A stretch of DNA of 64,000 nt from Candidatus Omnitrophota bacterium (GTDB lineage: Bacteria > Omnitrophota > Gorgyraeia > Tantalellales > Tantalellaceae). The position numbers and the translations under genes are program-made. Positions 24,727 to 36,900 of this stretch are shown piece after piece. The stretch spans positions 553 through 64,552 of the forward strand of contig JBAROI010000054.1 of assembly GCA_049642015.1 (NCBI GenBank). The letters run 5' to 3'. Within the stretch, counting starts at the first letter, position 1, and each line of letters opens with the position of its first letter. The notes under the pieces were generated by a model that was not told the DNA's origin, ran no database searches, and saw nothing but the letters and a program-made list of their open reading frames with translations.

Positions 24727-26049
24727 TTGAGCAAGACATTTGTCCTTGATACCAACGTTATTTTACATAATCCCAACTCGCTTGTGTCTTTCGCGGACAA
24801 TACCGTTCTTCTTCCGATCGAAGTACTGGAAGAGCTGGACAGGTTCAAAAAGGGCCACGACGAAAAAGGACGCAACGCGAGAATAGCGATACGGATGCTG
24901 GATGAGTTCCGCCAAAAGGGAGAGCCGGGAAAGGGATACCCGCTCGAAAACGGGGGAACGCTAAAGATCGCAACGGGCACGGATTACAGCGTCATCGCGG
25001 ACCTTGGACTGTCAAAAAGCGTGGCTGATAACAGGATTTTGATCACGGCCTATGTCTTAATGGAGAAAGGGGAACGCGTTGTTTTTGTCTCCAAAGACAT
25101 AAATACCAGGGTAAAGGCGGATGCCCTGGGCATTCCCTGCATGGATTTCGAAAAGCAGAAGGTTGATTTCGAGCACTTCTACACCGGCTGGCGGACTGTT
25201 GAAATGTCAAGGGAAGAGATCGACTCCTTTTACTCCAAGAAAGAATATAAGGTAGAAGCGGGCCGGTTTTGCCCCAATGAGTTCGCTTTTATGGTGGACA
25301 AGGCTGAACCAAAGCACACTGCGATCGGCAGATATAAAGAAGAGTTCGGAATACTGATGCCCCTTATCTTTAACAAGATGCACATTATGTCTATACGGCC
25401 CCGCAACAAGGAACAGGCCATGGCGATGGAGCTGCTTTTGAATGATGACATACACCTGATCACGCTTGTCGGATCCGCGGGTACCGGAAAAACCCTGCTG
25501 GCGATCGCGGCAGGCCTGCAGAAAGTCGTAAAGGACAAATCCTACAACGGCCTTTTGATCTCGCGTCCGGTTATGCCTTTGGGGAAAGATATCGGATATC
25601 TTCCGGGGTCCAAGGAAGAAAAGCTGGAGAGTTGGATGGGGCCCATATTTGACAATATGGAATATATATTCAACGTCGAGAAGGGCGAAAAAGAGGCAAA
25701 AGGAAAGACAAAGAACCTGATCGACAAATATATCCAGGAAGGCGTCATCGAACTGGAAGCCATGACCTTTATGAGGGGCAGGAGCATTCCGAACCAGTTC
25801 ATTATTATCGATGAGGCGCAGAACCTTACGCCGCACGAGGTAAAAACCGTTATCAGCCGTGCCGGGAACAAGACTAAAATGGTGCTTACGGGAGACCCTT
25901 ACCAGATCGACAACCCGTATCTTGATTCTTCAAGTAACGGGCTTACGTATTGCGCGGAGAAAATGAAAGGCCAGAAGATGTTCGGGCATATCATGCTGAC
26001 GAAAAGCGAAAGGAGCTCGCTGGCTTCTCTTGCGGCGGAACTTCTGTAG
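24727..26049 (+). CDS. PIN-domain/PhoH-like ATPase (PhoH2/YlaK type)
   Basis: N-terminal PIN (VLDTNVILH...), Walker A VGSAGTGKT, Walker B IIIDEAQN. Confidence 0.8.
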   Translation: MSKTFVLDTNVILHNPNSLVSFADNTVLLPIEVLEELDRFKKGHDEKGRNARIAIRMLDEFRQKGEPGKGYPLENGGTLKIATGTDYSVIADLGLSKSVADNRILITAYVLMEKGERVVFVSKDINTRVKADALGIPCMDFEKQKVDFEHFYTGWRTVEMSREEIDSFYSKKEYKVEAGRFCPNEFAFMVDKAEPKHTAIGRYKEEFGILMPLIFNKMHIMSIRPRNKEQAMAMELLLNDDIHLITLVGSAGTGKTLLAIAAGLQKVVKDKSYNGLLISRPVMPLGKDIGYLPGSKEEKLESWMGPIFDNMEYIFNVEKGEKEAKGKTKNLIDKYIQEGVIELEAMTFMRGRSIPNQFIIIDEAQNLTPHEVKTVISRAGNKTKMVLTGDPYQIDNPYLDSSSNGLTYCAEKMKGQKMFGHIMLTKSERSSLASLAAELL

Positions 26050-26079
26050 CGGCTGGCGCTGGCGCCTGGGGGATAAGAT

Positions 26080-26400
26080 ATGGAAAGAGTGGTGAGGGCC
26101 GGAAGGCCGAAGAAAAAGAGGGTTGTCCACAGGAAACCCGAAAGTTTTAAATTCAGTCCCAGGGGAAAACGCGGCAAGCCTGACAGCGTTCTCCTGACGC
26201 TGGAAGAATTCGAGGCGATACGCCTGGCGGATTGCCAGTCGAAAAAACATTCCGATGCTGCTGATTCGATGAACATATCCCGTCAGACGTTTGAGAGGAT
26301 ACTTAAGTCCGCCCGCAAGACCGTATCAGACGCTATCGTTAACGGGAAAGCGATAAAAATATGGGGTGGGGCGTATGATTTCGGGAACATGGAATTATAA
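26080..26400 (+). CDS. DUF134 (UPF0251) putative DNA-binding protein
   Basis: GRPKKKR...FKP.G...LTLEEFEAIRLAD...ISRQTFERILKSARKTVSDAIVNG matches DUF134 consensus. Confidence 0.7.
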   Translation: MERVVRAGRPKKKRVVHRKPESFKFSPRGKRGKPDSVLLTLEEFEAIRLADCQSKKHSDAADSMNISRQTFERILKSARKTVSDAIVNGKAIKIWGGAYDFGNMEL

Positions 26401-26410
26401 AGGAGGGACC

Positions 26411-27097
26411 ATGCTGAAAAGATCGTTGATCGTTGTAGTGTTTCTTAGTTTAGTACTCTTGAACGTGGGAGATGCGCTGGCGGTAAGTGCATCCAAGCTT
26501 GACCTGAGAATAAAAGAAGCGCGCGAGGTTTTGGAAGAGATGCAGGAAATGCCGGACCAATCCATACCTAAAGACCTGATAGAAAATTGCGCGGGCATTG
26601 CTATATTTCCTTCGGTCATAAAGGGCGGTTTTATTATAGGCGGACAGTACGGACAAGGCGTGCTGCTGAACAAGGACAAAAAGACGGGCAAATGGAGCCC
26701 TCCGGTTTTTGTTTCGATAGGCGGCGCGAGTTTTGGTTTTCAAATAGGCGGACGCGCGTCGGACATGATCCTCGTTATCGGCGGCAGAAGAAGTGTTGAA
26801 AGCCTTTCGCACAGCAACGTGACCCTGGGAGGGGACGCTTCAGTGGCTGCGGGTCCGGTCGGCAGGGACGCGTCCGTTGATACCGACGTGCTCTTGAAGG
26901 CGGGGATACTTTCATACTCCAGGAGCAGGGGCTTGTTTGCCGGGATCAGTCTTAAAGGCGCCATTGTAGGGCCAATGAAAAATCTTAATGAAAAATATTA
27001 CGGAAAAGGCACTACCGCTGACGACATACTTTTTTCAGGCAAAGTAAAGCCGACTAAAGCGGGACGGGAGCTTATAGGCTTTTTGAATAAGTATTAA
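26411..27097 (+). CDS. SYLF (Ysc84/DUF500) lipid-binding domain protein with signal peptide
   Basis: YSRSRGLFAGISLKGAIVG and GGDASVAAGPVGRDAS motifs of SYLF domain; start at MLKRS after AAGGAGGG SD. Confidence 0.7.
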   Translation: MLKRSLIVVVFLSLVLLNVGDALAVSASKLDLRIKEAREVLEEMQEMPDQSIPKDLIENCAGIAIFPSVIKGGFIIGGQYGQGVLLNKDKKTGKWSPPVFVSIGGASFGFQIGGRASDMILVIGGRRSVESLSHSNVTLGGDASVAAGPVGRDASVDTDVLLKAGILSYSRSRGLFAGISLKGAIVGPMKNLNEKYYGKGTTADDILFSGKVKPTKAGRELIGFLNKY

Positions 27098-27286
27098 CAG
27101 GACGGATCATGCAGATAAATATACGCTACCTGAAGGAAAAGGATATTTTTGAGATCCAGATCGTGGACAAGAAACTCCGTTCACATTTTATTCTCAAAAG
27201 GCCCGAGCTTAACAACCTGAGGACCATGCTGGAAAAGGCGCTCCTGCAGAGCAAAAGCAAGGATAAGGGTAAAAGTAAGGATTAAA

Positions 27287-27721
27287 ATGAGGAAAGTGGC
27301 CCTGATTTTAACGTGTGTGTTTCTTTCCTGCGCGGTTACTGTGAGTACCGCGGCGGAGAGGAAAAAGGCGCAGTCTAAAAAGGTCAAGTACGTTAAGTCC
27401 AAGTATGGTGTGAAAGCCCTTATCGAACTCGGCAAGAGCATGGGAGACATGGCCGAGGAGCTGAAACAGGACACAAAGAATTACAGGAAGGTCACCAAGG
27501 CGATAGACCACGAGACGATAAAAAAGGGAGAAAGCGCATCCAAAGTCGAAAAGGCTTTCGGGGAGCCCGTGATCATTCTCTCCAATGAGAAGGAAAAGGT
27601 CACGAAGTGGATCTATAAACCCGGCAATGTTACTTTTTTCGAAAATAAGAAAGTTTATCTGATCTTTGATGAAGACAACAAACTTGCCGACTGGATAACT
27701 ATGAACGGAAAGGGGCAATAA
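27287..27721 (+). CDS. hypothetical secreted/lipoprotein
   Basis: Signal peptide (LSCAVTVSTAA); Lys-rich; no family recognised. Confidence 0.35.
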   Translation: MRKVALILTCVFLSCAVTVSTAAERKKAQSKKVKYVKSKYGVKALIELGKSMGDMAEELKQDTKNYRKVTKAIDHETIKKGESASKVEKAFGEPVIILSNEKEKVTKWIYKPGNVTFFENKKVYLIFDEDNKLADWITMNGKGQ

Positions 27722-28200
27722 TGGGCGGTAAAAAAATACCTTTGACCCGCGAAGGACATGATAAGCTGGTCAAAGAACTGGAATATATGAGAGGCGAAAA
27801 GAGGCGCCAGATATCTAAAGATATAGGTGAAGCCAGAGAGAAAGGGGATCTAAGCGAGAACGCCGAGTATGACGCCGCTAAAGAGGCCCAGGCCCACAAT
27901 GAAAAGAGGATCGCCGAACTCGAAGAGAAATTAAGCAGGGCCAACTTGATCGAGGAAAAGGATATTACCCTGGATAAAGTTGCGCTGGGTACGACAGTAA
28001 AGGTCAAAGACAAGGCTTCCGGAGAAGAGTTCAGCTACATGCTTGTATCTGAAGAGGAGTCTGATTTTGAAGCAAATAAGATATCCGCCTCTTCTCCTGT
28101 CGGGAAAGCCCTTATGAGCAAGAAAGAGGGCGATGTCGTGGAGATAAGCGTTCCGGCAGGCACGCTTCAATACGAGATCCTGGAAATCACCCTGGAGTAA
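27721..28200 (+). CDS. greA: transcription elongation factor GreA
   Basis: N-terminal coiled coil with GDLSENAEYDAAKE motif; C-terminal FKBP-like domain. Confidence 0.85.
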   Translation: MGGKKIPLTREGHDKLVKELEYMRGEKRRQISKDIGEAREKGDLSENAEYDAAKEAQAHNEKRIAELEEKLSRANLIEEKDITLDKVALGTTVKVKDKASGEEFSYMLVSEEESDFEANKISASSPVGKALMSKKEGDVVEISVPAGTLQYEILEITLE

Positions 28201-28204
28201 AAAT

Positions 28205-29203
28205 ATGTGGAAAAAGATAATAATAGCTTTATTAGTTGCAATGATCGTGTACTCGTTTCTCCCGCTCATTCCATTCTGGTTTATGGAGGGGGCGGAAAAA
28301 AGCGACAATAACGAAGCGAATGTCGAAAGGCTTAAAGACAATAAGGGAGTTTATTATTCTTTTATCGTCTTCGGCGATAACCATTCAGGGCTTATTTTTA
28401 ACGACGCGGCTACGCTCAAGCTCATATGGCACATGAACAGGGAGGACAGGTTCAGGAAAGTCCCGATAGATTTCGTCCTGAACGTGGGAGATGTTTCGCT
28501 TGACGGGGCACGTTCCCATTTTCGCGCGTTTAAAAAGATGCAAAAGCTCATTAAGTGGCCCGTGATCACCGCTATAGGCAATCACGACGACCGCGGGCTT
28601 TTTGGGGAATTTTGCGGAAAAAAGGAATTTGCTTTTGCGGACCGCAACTCGTATTTTATCGTCCTGGACAACGAAGTGGGAGAACTTACCGGGCCGCAGC
28701 TTGAATGGCTTGAAGGAAAACTGAAAGAAGGACAGGGGTTCGGCCACATATTTATAGCGATGCATAAACCCCCCTTCGATCCGTACCAGCAAGAGTGGTA
28801 CAACATGGACTCAAAGCCCTGGGCTTACCGGTTCAGGAAGCTTTGCGCCGAATACGGGGTAGACATGGTCTTTTCCGGCCATAAACACATGTTTAAGAGC
28901 GAAAAGTTTGACGGCGTCGAAAATATCGTGACCGGCGGCGGTGGAATGCTTATAGAGATCCCGGAACAAGACGGCGGTTATCTCCATTACGTGAGAGTAA
29001 TGGTCAATAACGATTATGTGACATATGAGGTAAGAAAAATATCACCTCCTCTCTGGGAATATTTGACTTATTACTTCTGGAAAGAAGCTGTTTACTGGGT
29101 CCGCAACTTTTACGGATCGGGTTACATTTTCGGGAGAAACACGAAGATCCAGCCCCTCCGGGTATCAGAGGTCAACGACAAGGAATACTGGTTTAAGAAG
29201 TAA
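28205..29203 (+). CDS. calcineurin-like metallophosphoesterase (membrane anchored)
   Basis: GDNHSG, GDVSLDG, GNHDD, GHKH metallophosphatase motifs. Confidence 0.7.
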   Translation: MWKKIIIALLVAMIVYSFLPLIPFWFMEGAEKSDNNEANVERLKDNKGVYYSFIVFGDNHSGLIFNDAATLKLIWHMNREDRFRKVPIDFVLNVGDVSLDGARSHFRAFKKMQKLIKWPVITAIGNHDDRGLFGEFCGKKEFAFADRNSYFIVLDNEVGELTGPQLEWLEGKLKEGQGFGHIFIAMHKPPFDPYQQEWYNMDSKPWAYRFRKLCAEYGVDMVFSGHKHMFKSEKFDGVENIVTGGGGMLIEIPEQDGGYLHYVRVMVNNDYVTYEVRKISPPLWEYLTYYFWKEAVYWVRNFYGSGYIFGRNTKIQPLRVSEVNDKEYWFKK

Positions 29204-29242
29204 CCAGGTTTAAGGGTTTCGAATTAAAGTGGCGGTAGATGG

Positions 29243-29272
29243 AGCCAGGGCTAATAGCCCTGGCTTTTTTAT
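29243..29272 (+). terminator. rho-independent terminator
   Basis: gccagggc-taata-gccctggc hairpin + T6. Confidence 0.75.
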
Positions 29273-29282
29273 TAAAAAAGTA

Positions 29283-29310
29283 TTGACAGAGCGCTAAAAC
29301 CTGATATAAT
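29283..29310 (+). promoter_or_regulatory. sigma70 promoter TTGACA-16-TATAAT
   Basis: ttgaca 29283-29288, tataat 29305-29310; drives Rrf2-metY-cysK-metX-metW. Confidence 0.65.
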
Positions 29311-29341
29311 CCTAATTGTCGATAGGGAATTAGGAGAATAT

Positions 29342-29776
29342 ATGCTTATTGGGAAAAAGGGTTATTACTATATAAAAATTCTGCTCTTCTTTGCCTATAG
29401 CGGAGAAACTTCTTTTTCTATTAAGGAAATATCCGAAAGATTAGGTATATCGGAGAAGGTTATGGAGCAGGTTCTTTTGACGCTTAAAAATGCTGGTTTT
29501 TTGACAAGCAAAAGGGGGCCGCACGGGGGCTATAGTCTCGCCCAGGACCCTTCGGAATTGACCATAATAGATATTCTTGAGAAAACCGGGCAAAGAATAG
29601 ATATTCTTCCTCCCGACATCAGGGGAAAAGTGAACGCGATTGATGATGTGCTGTTAGAGGCGGGGGAAGTGGCCAAGAACGAGATCCATAAGGGTCTCAA
29701 GAAACTTAAAATAAAGAATTTAAGAAAGAAGATGGGTGAAAAAGTAACGGAAACTGGATTTAATTATGTGATTTAA
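29342..29776 (+). CDS. Rrf2-family transcriptional regulator (CymR-like by context)
   Basis: Rrf2 wHTH (ISKKGYY..., ISEKVMEQVLLTLKNAGFLTSKRGPHGGYSLA); no Cys ligands; heads Cys/Met biosynthesis operon. Confidence 0.65.
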   Translation: MLIGKKGYYYIKILLFFAYSGETSFSIKEISERLGISEKVMEQVLLTLKNAGFLTSKRGPHGGYSLAQDPSELTIIDILEKTGQRIDILPPDIRGKVNAIDDVLLEAGEVAKNEIHKGLKKLKIKNLRKKMGEKVTETGFNYVI

Positions 29777-29788
29777 CTATGGAGGTAG

Positions 29789-31084
<1,296 letters not shown>

Positions 31085-31236
31085 GTCAGGTGAGGCTATT
31101 ACTTATGGTGCAGAGCGCCATAAGTAATAAAGCCGAACTTGACCCCACACCCAGAATTACCTGGGTGCGGGGTTTAATTCGACCGAATAGTTTACGTGCA
31201 CGTTGTGCACGTAAACTATGGTCTCATTAAAGGAGG
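31085..31236 (+). repeat. family-1 structured intergenic leader element, copy C (module-1 hairpin replaced; module 3 of ttacgtgcac/gtgcacgtaa type)
   Basis: gtgaggc + attacttatggtg/cgccataagtaat hairpin (one G·U) + gccgaacttgacc + cccacacccag/ctgggtgcggg + tttaattcgaccgaata + hairpin + ctcattaaaggagg SD. Confidence 0.65.
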
Positions 31237-31242
31237 GGAGTC

Positions 31243-32175
31243 ATGAAAATATACGATGATATCACAAAAACTATCGGGAATACGCCTCTTGTTAGGATCA
31301 AAAGGGTAAGCGAAGGTCTTCCGGGCAACATCATAGCCAAGCTGGAGTTTTTCAACCCCCTTTCCAGCGTGAAGGACCGTATCGCTATATCCATGATCGA
31401 AGCGGCGGAGAAGGCGGGAAAACTAAAGAAGGACTCGATCGTTATCGAGCCCACAAGCGGCAATACCGGCATAGGTCTTGCTTTTGTCTGTGCCGCGAAA
31501 GGATACAAGCTGATCCTGACCATGCCTGACACAATGAGCGTAGAGAGAAGGGTCCTTTTGAAGATAATGGGCGCGGATCTTGTTCTTACGCCCGGTGAAA
31601 AAGGCATGAAAGGGGCAGTTGAGAAAGCCGAGGAGCTGGTCAAGTCCACGCCGAATGCGGTCATGCCGCAGCAGTTCGAGAACGAAGCCAACCCGGAAAT
31701 TCACCGGAAGACCACAGCGCAGGAAATATGGGACGATACCGACGGAAATATCGATATATTCATTTCCGGGATAGGAACAGGCGGGACCATTACGGGTGTT
31801 GGTGACGTGCTGAAGAAGAAAAAACCCGACGTTAAGATCGTGGGCGTGGAGCCCGAATCTTCAGCCGTGCTCTCGGGAGGAGAACCCGGCCCCCACAAGA
31901 TACAGGGTATCGGAGCAGGTTTCATCCCAAAGGTCTTGAAAAAAGAGTTGATAGATGAGATAATAACGGTTTCTGACGACGAATCCGGAGAGTATGCCCG
32001 CAGGATCGCCAGGGAAGAGGGCATGCTTGTAGGGATATCGTCGGGTGCCGCCATGGCCGCGGCTGTCAAGGTCGCCTCAAGGGAGGAGAACAAAGGAAAA
32101 AACATCGTTGTAGTTTTTCCTGACACCGGCGAAAGATACCTGAGCACGTGGCTTTTTAAAGATTTTATGGATTAA
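31243..32175 (+). CDS. cysK: cysteine synthase A
   Basis: [19 protein letters not shown]-lysine motif; SGNTGIGLA; GIGAGFIP. Confidence 0.85.
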   Translation: MKIYDDITKTIGNTPLVRIKRVSEGLPGNIIAKLEFFNPLSSVKDRIAISMIEAAEKAGKLKKDSIVIEPTSGNTGIGLAFVCAAKGYKLILTMPDTMSVERRVLLKIMGADLVLTPGEKGMKGAVEKAEELVKSTPNAVMPQQFENEANPEIHRKTTAQEIWDDTDGNIDIFISGIGTGGTITGVGDVLKKKKPDVKIVGVEPESSAVLSGGEPGPHKIQGIGAGFIPKVLKKELIDEIITVSDDESGEYARRIAREEGMLVGISSGAAMAAAVKVASREENKGKNIVVVFPDTGERYLSTWLFKDFMD

Positions 32176-32177
32176 TT

Positions 32178-33314
32178 ATGGCAGATAAAAAAACTAAAAA
32201 ATACGTTGAAACGAAATATTTCAACCTGCCAAAGGGGCAGGATTTTGCCCTTGAGAGCGGGGCGAAACTTAAGGGCCTCAAGATAGCTTATGAAGCGTAC
32301 GGCGAGCTGAACAGCAAGAAAAGTAACGCTGTCCTGATCTGCCATGCGCTTTCAGGCGACGCTCACGCGGCCTTCTATCATCGCGGCGAGACAAAGCCCG
32401 GATGGTGGGACGACATGATCGGTCCGGGCAAGGCTTTTGATACGGACAAGTATTACGTGATCTCGTCCAACATAATAGGCGGATGCAAAGGTTCCAGCGG
32501 GCCAAATTCCATAAATCCGGATACAGGCAAGCCCTACGGTTTAAGTTTCCCGATAGTTTCTATAAAGGACATGGTAAACGCCCAGAAAGTACTTATAGAT
32601 TCCCTGGGCATAAAAAAACTCCTTTCGGTATGCGGGGGTTCAATGGGGGGAATGCAGGCATTGCAATGGGCCGTAAGTTATCCTGAAAGCGTGATCTCGT
32701 GCATCCCCGTAGCAACTTCTTTCAAGCATTCGGCCCAGCAGATAGCTTTTGACGAGGTCGGCAGACAGGCCATTATGGCGGATCCCGCGTGGTGCGAAGG
32801 TGATTATTACGATAAAAAGACGCACCCCTCGGCAGGACTTGCGGTTGCCAGGATGATCGGGCACATCACCTATATGAGCAACGATTCGATGGAGGAAAAG
32901 TTCGGCAGGACCCTGAAAAAGAAGGAACTGGGGTATGAGTTTTCCACCGAATTCGAAGTGGAAGGGTATCTCAGGTACAGGGGCGACAACTTTGTTAAAC
33001 GGTTCGACGCTAACTCGTACCTGTACATCACAAAAGCCATGGATTATTTTGACCTCCACAAGGACAAGAAGCTGTCCCAGGTTTTCAGCAAGGTGAAGTT
33101 GCGTTTTCTCGTTATCGCGTTCAGCTCTGACTGGCTTTATCCTCCGCACCAGTCAAAGGAGGTCGTAAAAGCCCTTAAGATGAACGGCATCGATGTGACG
33201 TATTGCGAAATAAGCACTGATTACGGCCACGACGCGTTTCTGATAGAGTTTGACGAGGAAACCAAACTGGTAAAGCATTTTCTGGACAAGACGTTTAAAA
33301 AGGCGGACAAGTAA
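32178..33314 (+). CDS. metX: homoserine O-acetyltransferase
   Basis: alpha/beta hydrolase [13 protein letters not shown] nucleophile elbow; followed by metW. Confidence 0.85.
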   Translation: MADKKTKKYVETKYFNLPKGQDFALESGAKLKGLKIAYEAYGELNSKKSNAVLICHALSGDAHAAFYHRGETKPGWWDDMIGPGKAFDTDKYYVISSNIIGGCKGSSGPNSINPDTGKPYGLSFPIVSIKDMVNAQKVLIDSLGIKKLLSVCGGSMGGMQALQWAVSYPESVISCIPVATSFKHSAQQIAFDEVGRQAIMADPAWCEGDYYDKKTHPSAGLAVARMIGHITYMSNDSMEEKFGRTLKKKELGYEFSTEFEVEGYLRYRGDNFVKRFDANSYLYITKAMDYFDLHKDKKLSQVFSKVKLRFLVIAFSSDWLYPPHQSKEVVKALKMNGIDVTYCEISTDYGHDAFLIEFDEETKLVKHFLDKTFKKADK

Positions 33315-33317
33315 ACC

Positions 33318-33923
33318 ATGATAAGCGTTAAAAAGGAAGAGTTGAGACTGGACCACAAAGTCATAGGCGACCTCATCGAGCTCGGTTCCATGGTCCTCGA
33401 CCTGGGTTGCGGCGACGGAGACCTCCTTGAATATCTGGTCGTCAATAAGGACGTTAAAGGGAGCGGCGTGGAGATAAACGAGGAAGCTATCTACAGGTGC
33501 GTCGAAAAAGGCCTGAGTGTGTCCCACGGCGATATAGATTCAGGACTTACGGAATATCCGGACAAGCTGTTCGATTACGTGATCTTCAACCAGACCATGC
33601 AGCAGGTCCATAACCCTAAAGACGCCATTCAGGAAGCTTTGAGGATAGGCAAAAAGGCAATCATAGGTTTTCCCAACTTTTGCTATATCAGCGCCAGGCT
33701 GCAGCTGTTTTTTGCGGGACACGTGCCCATAACCCCGTCGCTGCCATACAGGTGGTACGATACGCCTAACTTGCATTTTTTAAGCATCAAGGATTTTAAG
33801 GTGTTCTGCGCGGAACAGAACTTTACCGTTGAAAAGGTATTTTTTCTGACCGAAAAAAGAATGGTCAGATTCATGCCGAATCTGTTCGCGCTCAACGCTA
33901 TATTTCAGATATCCGGGAAATAA
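33318..33923 (+). CDS. metW: methionine biosynthesis protein MetW
   Basis: SAM-MTase-like LDLGCGDGDLL motif; canonical position after metX. Confidence 0.75.
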   Translation: MISVKKEELRLDHKVIGDLIELGSMVLDLGCGDGDLLEYLVVNKDVKGSGVEINEEAIYRCVEKGLSVSHGDIDSGLTEYPDKLFDYVIFNQTMQQVHNPKDAIQEALRIGKKAIIGFPNFCYISARLQLFFAGHVPITPSLPYRWYDTPNLHFLSIKDFKVFCAEQNFTVEKVFFLTEKRMVRFMPNLFALNAIFQISGK

Positions 33924-33939
33924 CCCCGGCCCCCGAAAC

Positions 33940-36900
33940 ATGGATGCCTTTCAGGAGCATTATAAAAGCTTGAACACCGAACAGAAGGAGGCCGTAGACG
34001 CGATCGACGGCCCGCTTCTTGTGCTTGCCGGTCCCGGCACGGGAAAAACGCAGCTTCTCTCGATCCGCGCTTCTAACATTATCCACCAGGAGGAGGCCCT
34101 TCCGGAGAACATCCTCATTCTCACGTTCACGAACGCGGCTGCCAGGGCCATGCGCGAGCGTCTTGCCGGGATCATCGGCCATGACGGATATAACGTTGAA
34201 GTCGAGACGTTCCACAGTTTCGCCAATTCCATAGTGCTCGAATCAGAGGGGGCGATCAAATACGTAAAGGACAAGATCGAGATAGGCGAGATCGAAAAGG
34301 TGCGCGCCCTGGAATACATTCTGGATAATGTCAAAGGGGTCGAACCTTTAAGGCCTTTCGGCGCGCCGTATATCCACCGCAGGGAGATAGAGAAAAGGAT
34401 AAGCGAAATGAAGCGCGAAGGCATTATGCCCGGAGAGTTTAAAAAAGAACTCAAAGATGTGCGGCCGGACGGTATCAACCTTGAAGAAAAACACATTTCA
34501 CGCTTAAAGGCCCTCGCGAACATATACGAAGATTATGAAAAACTCAAGGACGAAAAAGCGACTTTGCTTTTCGACGAAAGAGGTCGTATAGACTACGACG
34601 ATATGATACTCATAGCCCTGGAGGCGCTTAAGAACGACAAGGAACTACGGGAAGCGTTCAGGGAGCAATACAAATACATCATGGTAGACGAATACCAGGA
34701 CACCAACGGGGCGCAGCTGGAGCTTTTGTTCACCATCCTTGATCCGGATTCGCAGAATGTATGCTGTGTCGGAGATGACGATCAGTCTATCTACAGGTTC
34801 CAGGGGGCTACCCTTTCGAATTTCCGCGTATTGAAGGAAAGATTACCCGCACTTAAAACGATCGCCCTCAGGGACAATTACCGTTCCACCGGCGACATAA
34901 TAAATTTCTCAGGCGGGATCATCGGCCAGCTTCCGGAAGAGGAGCGGATAGCCGTGAAAAAGATCAAAGCCTGCAGGGACTACGGCGGCGGGGATATACG
35001 GTTTCTCGAGTTTACGACCGAAGAAGAGGAACTTGCCTTTATCGTAGAAGAGATAAAACGCCAGGCCGGTATCATAAAAAAAGATAAATCGCTTTCGGAA
35101 GAGGAAAGAGAAAAACCTTTTAACAATATCGCCGTTCTCGTGCGCAAGAGAGACTATATATTAAAAGTGATAGACGCTTTTCTCAAGGCCGGCATCCCTT
35201 ACGCGACTGACGGTGAGGAAGACATCCGACAGGAAAAACGCGTGCGCCAGATGCTTGACGTTCTTGAACTGGCCGACGCGGATACGGAAACCGGCGAAAG
35301 GAAGCCCCTTGCCCTGTACAAAGTGCTGACTTCAGATTACGTAGGAGCGTCTCACGCGGATATATTGAAGTTCATCGGATTCGTCAATAAAAACAGGAGC
35401 CTGGCGAAAGAAAAGGGCATCGAAGAGTTCCGCTCGTATAACCTTTTCCAGCGCTTCCAGGAACACTTCACCCGTTTCAAAAAAGATAATGACGGAGAAT
35501 TACTGCCGCCTTCGGCGGATGATTCAGCCGGGCTGGATATTTCCAGGAAACTGAAGCTTGAAGATCCTCACGCCTTGCACAAGGCGGCCTGGGCGATAGC
35601 GAGGCTCCTTACCGACGCCGGAAGCCGGCCGGTTCATGACATGCTCATGCGTTACGTGGACGATACCGGTCTCTACAGGTTTATACTGAAAAAATACGAA
35701 ACCGACAAGGTCTTGCGCGTGCGGGACCTCAGGTCGCTTGTGTCATTTATCAACAGGATAAAGGAATCCGATCTTTCTAACCCGGCAGTCGGACTCGATG
35801 ATTTTCTGGAGGAGCTGGGCCTCAGGGACATGCACGGCATGCCCATAAAGGGTCAGATGGCTACTTTGAGCCAGGACGGCGTCAGGGTTTATACGGCGCA
35901 CAGCGCCAAGGGACTTGAGTTTTATACGGTTTTTATACCTTTTTGTCTCCAGCAGAAGAGCTGGCCGCTTCGTAAAAAACCCGACGTGGTCCCGCTCCCG
36001 CCCGATATTTACAAAAGCAAGGAACGCGTTGAGGAAAAAAGTAAAATAAAGCTACTGGACCGGTATGATGAACTTCGTCTTTTTTATGTGGCTTCCAGCC
36101 GCGCGAAAGCTCACCTGGTATACAGCGCAACGCCGGCGGAAAAAGTGATAGTGAGCCCCTTTTTAAGTCACGTCGGTATTGAACCGGAATCAGGAGCCCC
36201 GGCTGATGAAGAAAAATTCCTGGGCAAGTTTCTTGAAGTCGGTTCGGAGGACGAACCCCTTAAGGGAACTTCACAAATACTAAAAGATATCGTCTCACAT
36301 CTTTCACTGAATCCCACGAGCCTGAATAATTACATCATGTGCGGGAGAAAGTATCTGTACGATAACGTTCTAATGCTTCCCGGCAGAAAGAACCAGCACC
36401 TGGTTTTCGGTAACTGCGCGCACAAGGCGCTCGAAGAGGTCTACACCGTTTTTATGGATAAGAAGATATTTCCGCCCTTCAAGGCCTTTAAAGAGGCCTT
36501 CAAGAAAGAGCTGGAGTATCAGGGCACAAATAAAGCGATAAGAGGGTGGTGCATCGACAGGCTTGAAACGCTGAAAGAGTGGTATAGGATCGAGTCGAAA
36601 TCCCCGGTCATGCCGGTCGAACTTGAAAATAAACTTGAAATAAGTTTTCCGGAAGGCTTGTTATTTAAAGGCACTTTTGACAAGATCGAAGAAGAGGGAA
36701 AGGGAACGATCCGGGTCGTCGACTACAAAACCGGCAAACCCGACAAACACGTAAAGGCGATAACGAACTGTCGCGATCTTCTGGAATACAAATGCGATGA
36801 CTATTACCGCCAGCTTATCGCGTATAAAATGCTGTACGAAGAGTCCGGCAAGAGCAGCAAAAAAGGAAAAGTCGCCAGAGGCGTCCTGCAGTTCCTGGAA

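Noticed and set aside
27107-27286. 59-aa Lys-rich small ORF between the SYLF gene and the lipoprotein gene
   Set aside because: It has a possible weak SD but no homology or conserved features. It is too short to support without comparative data.
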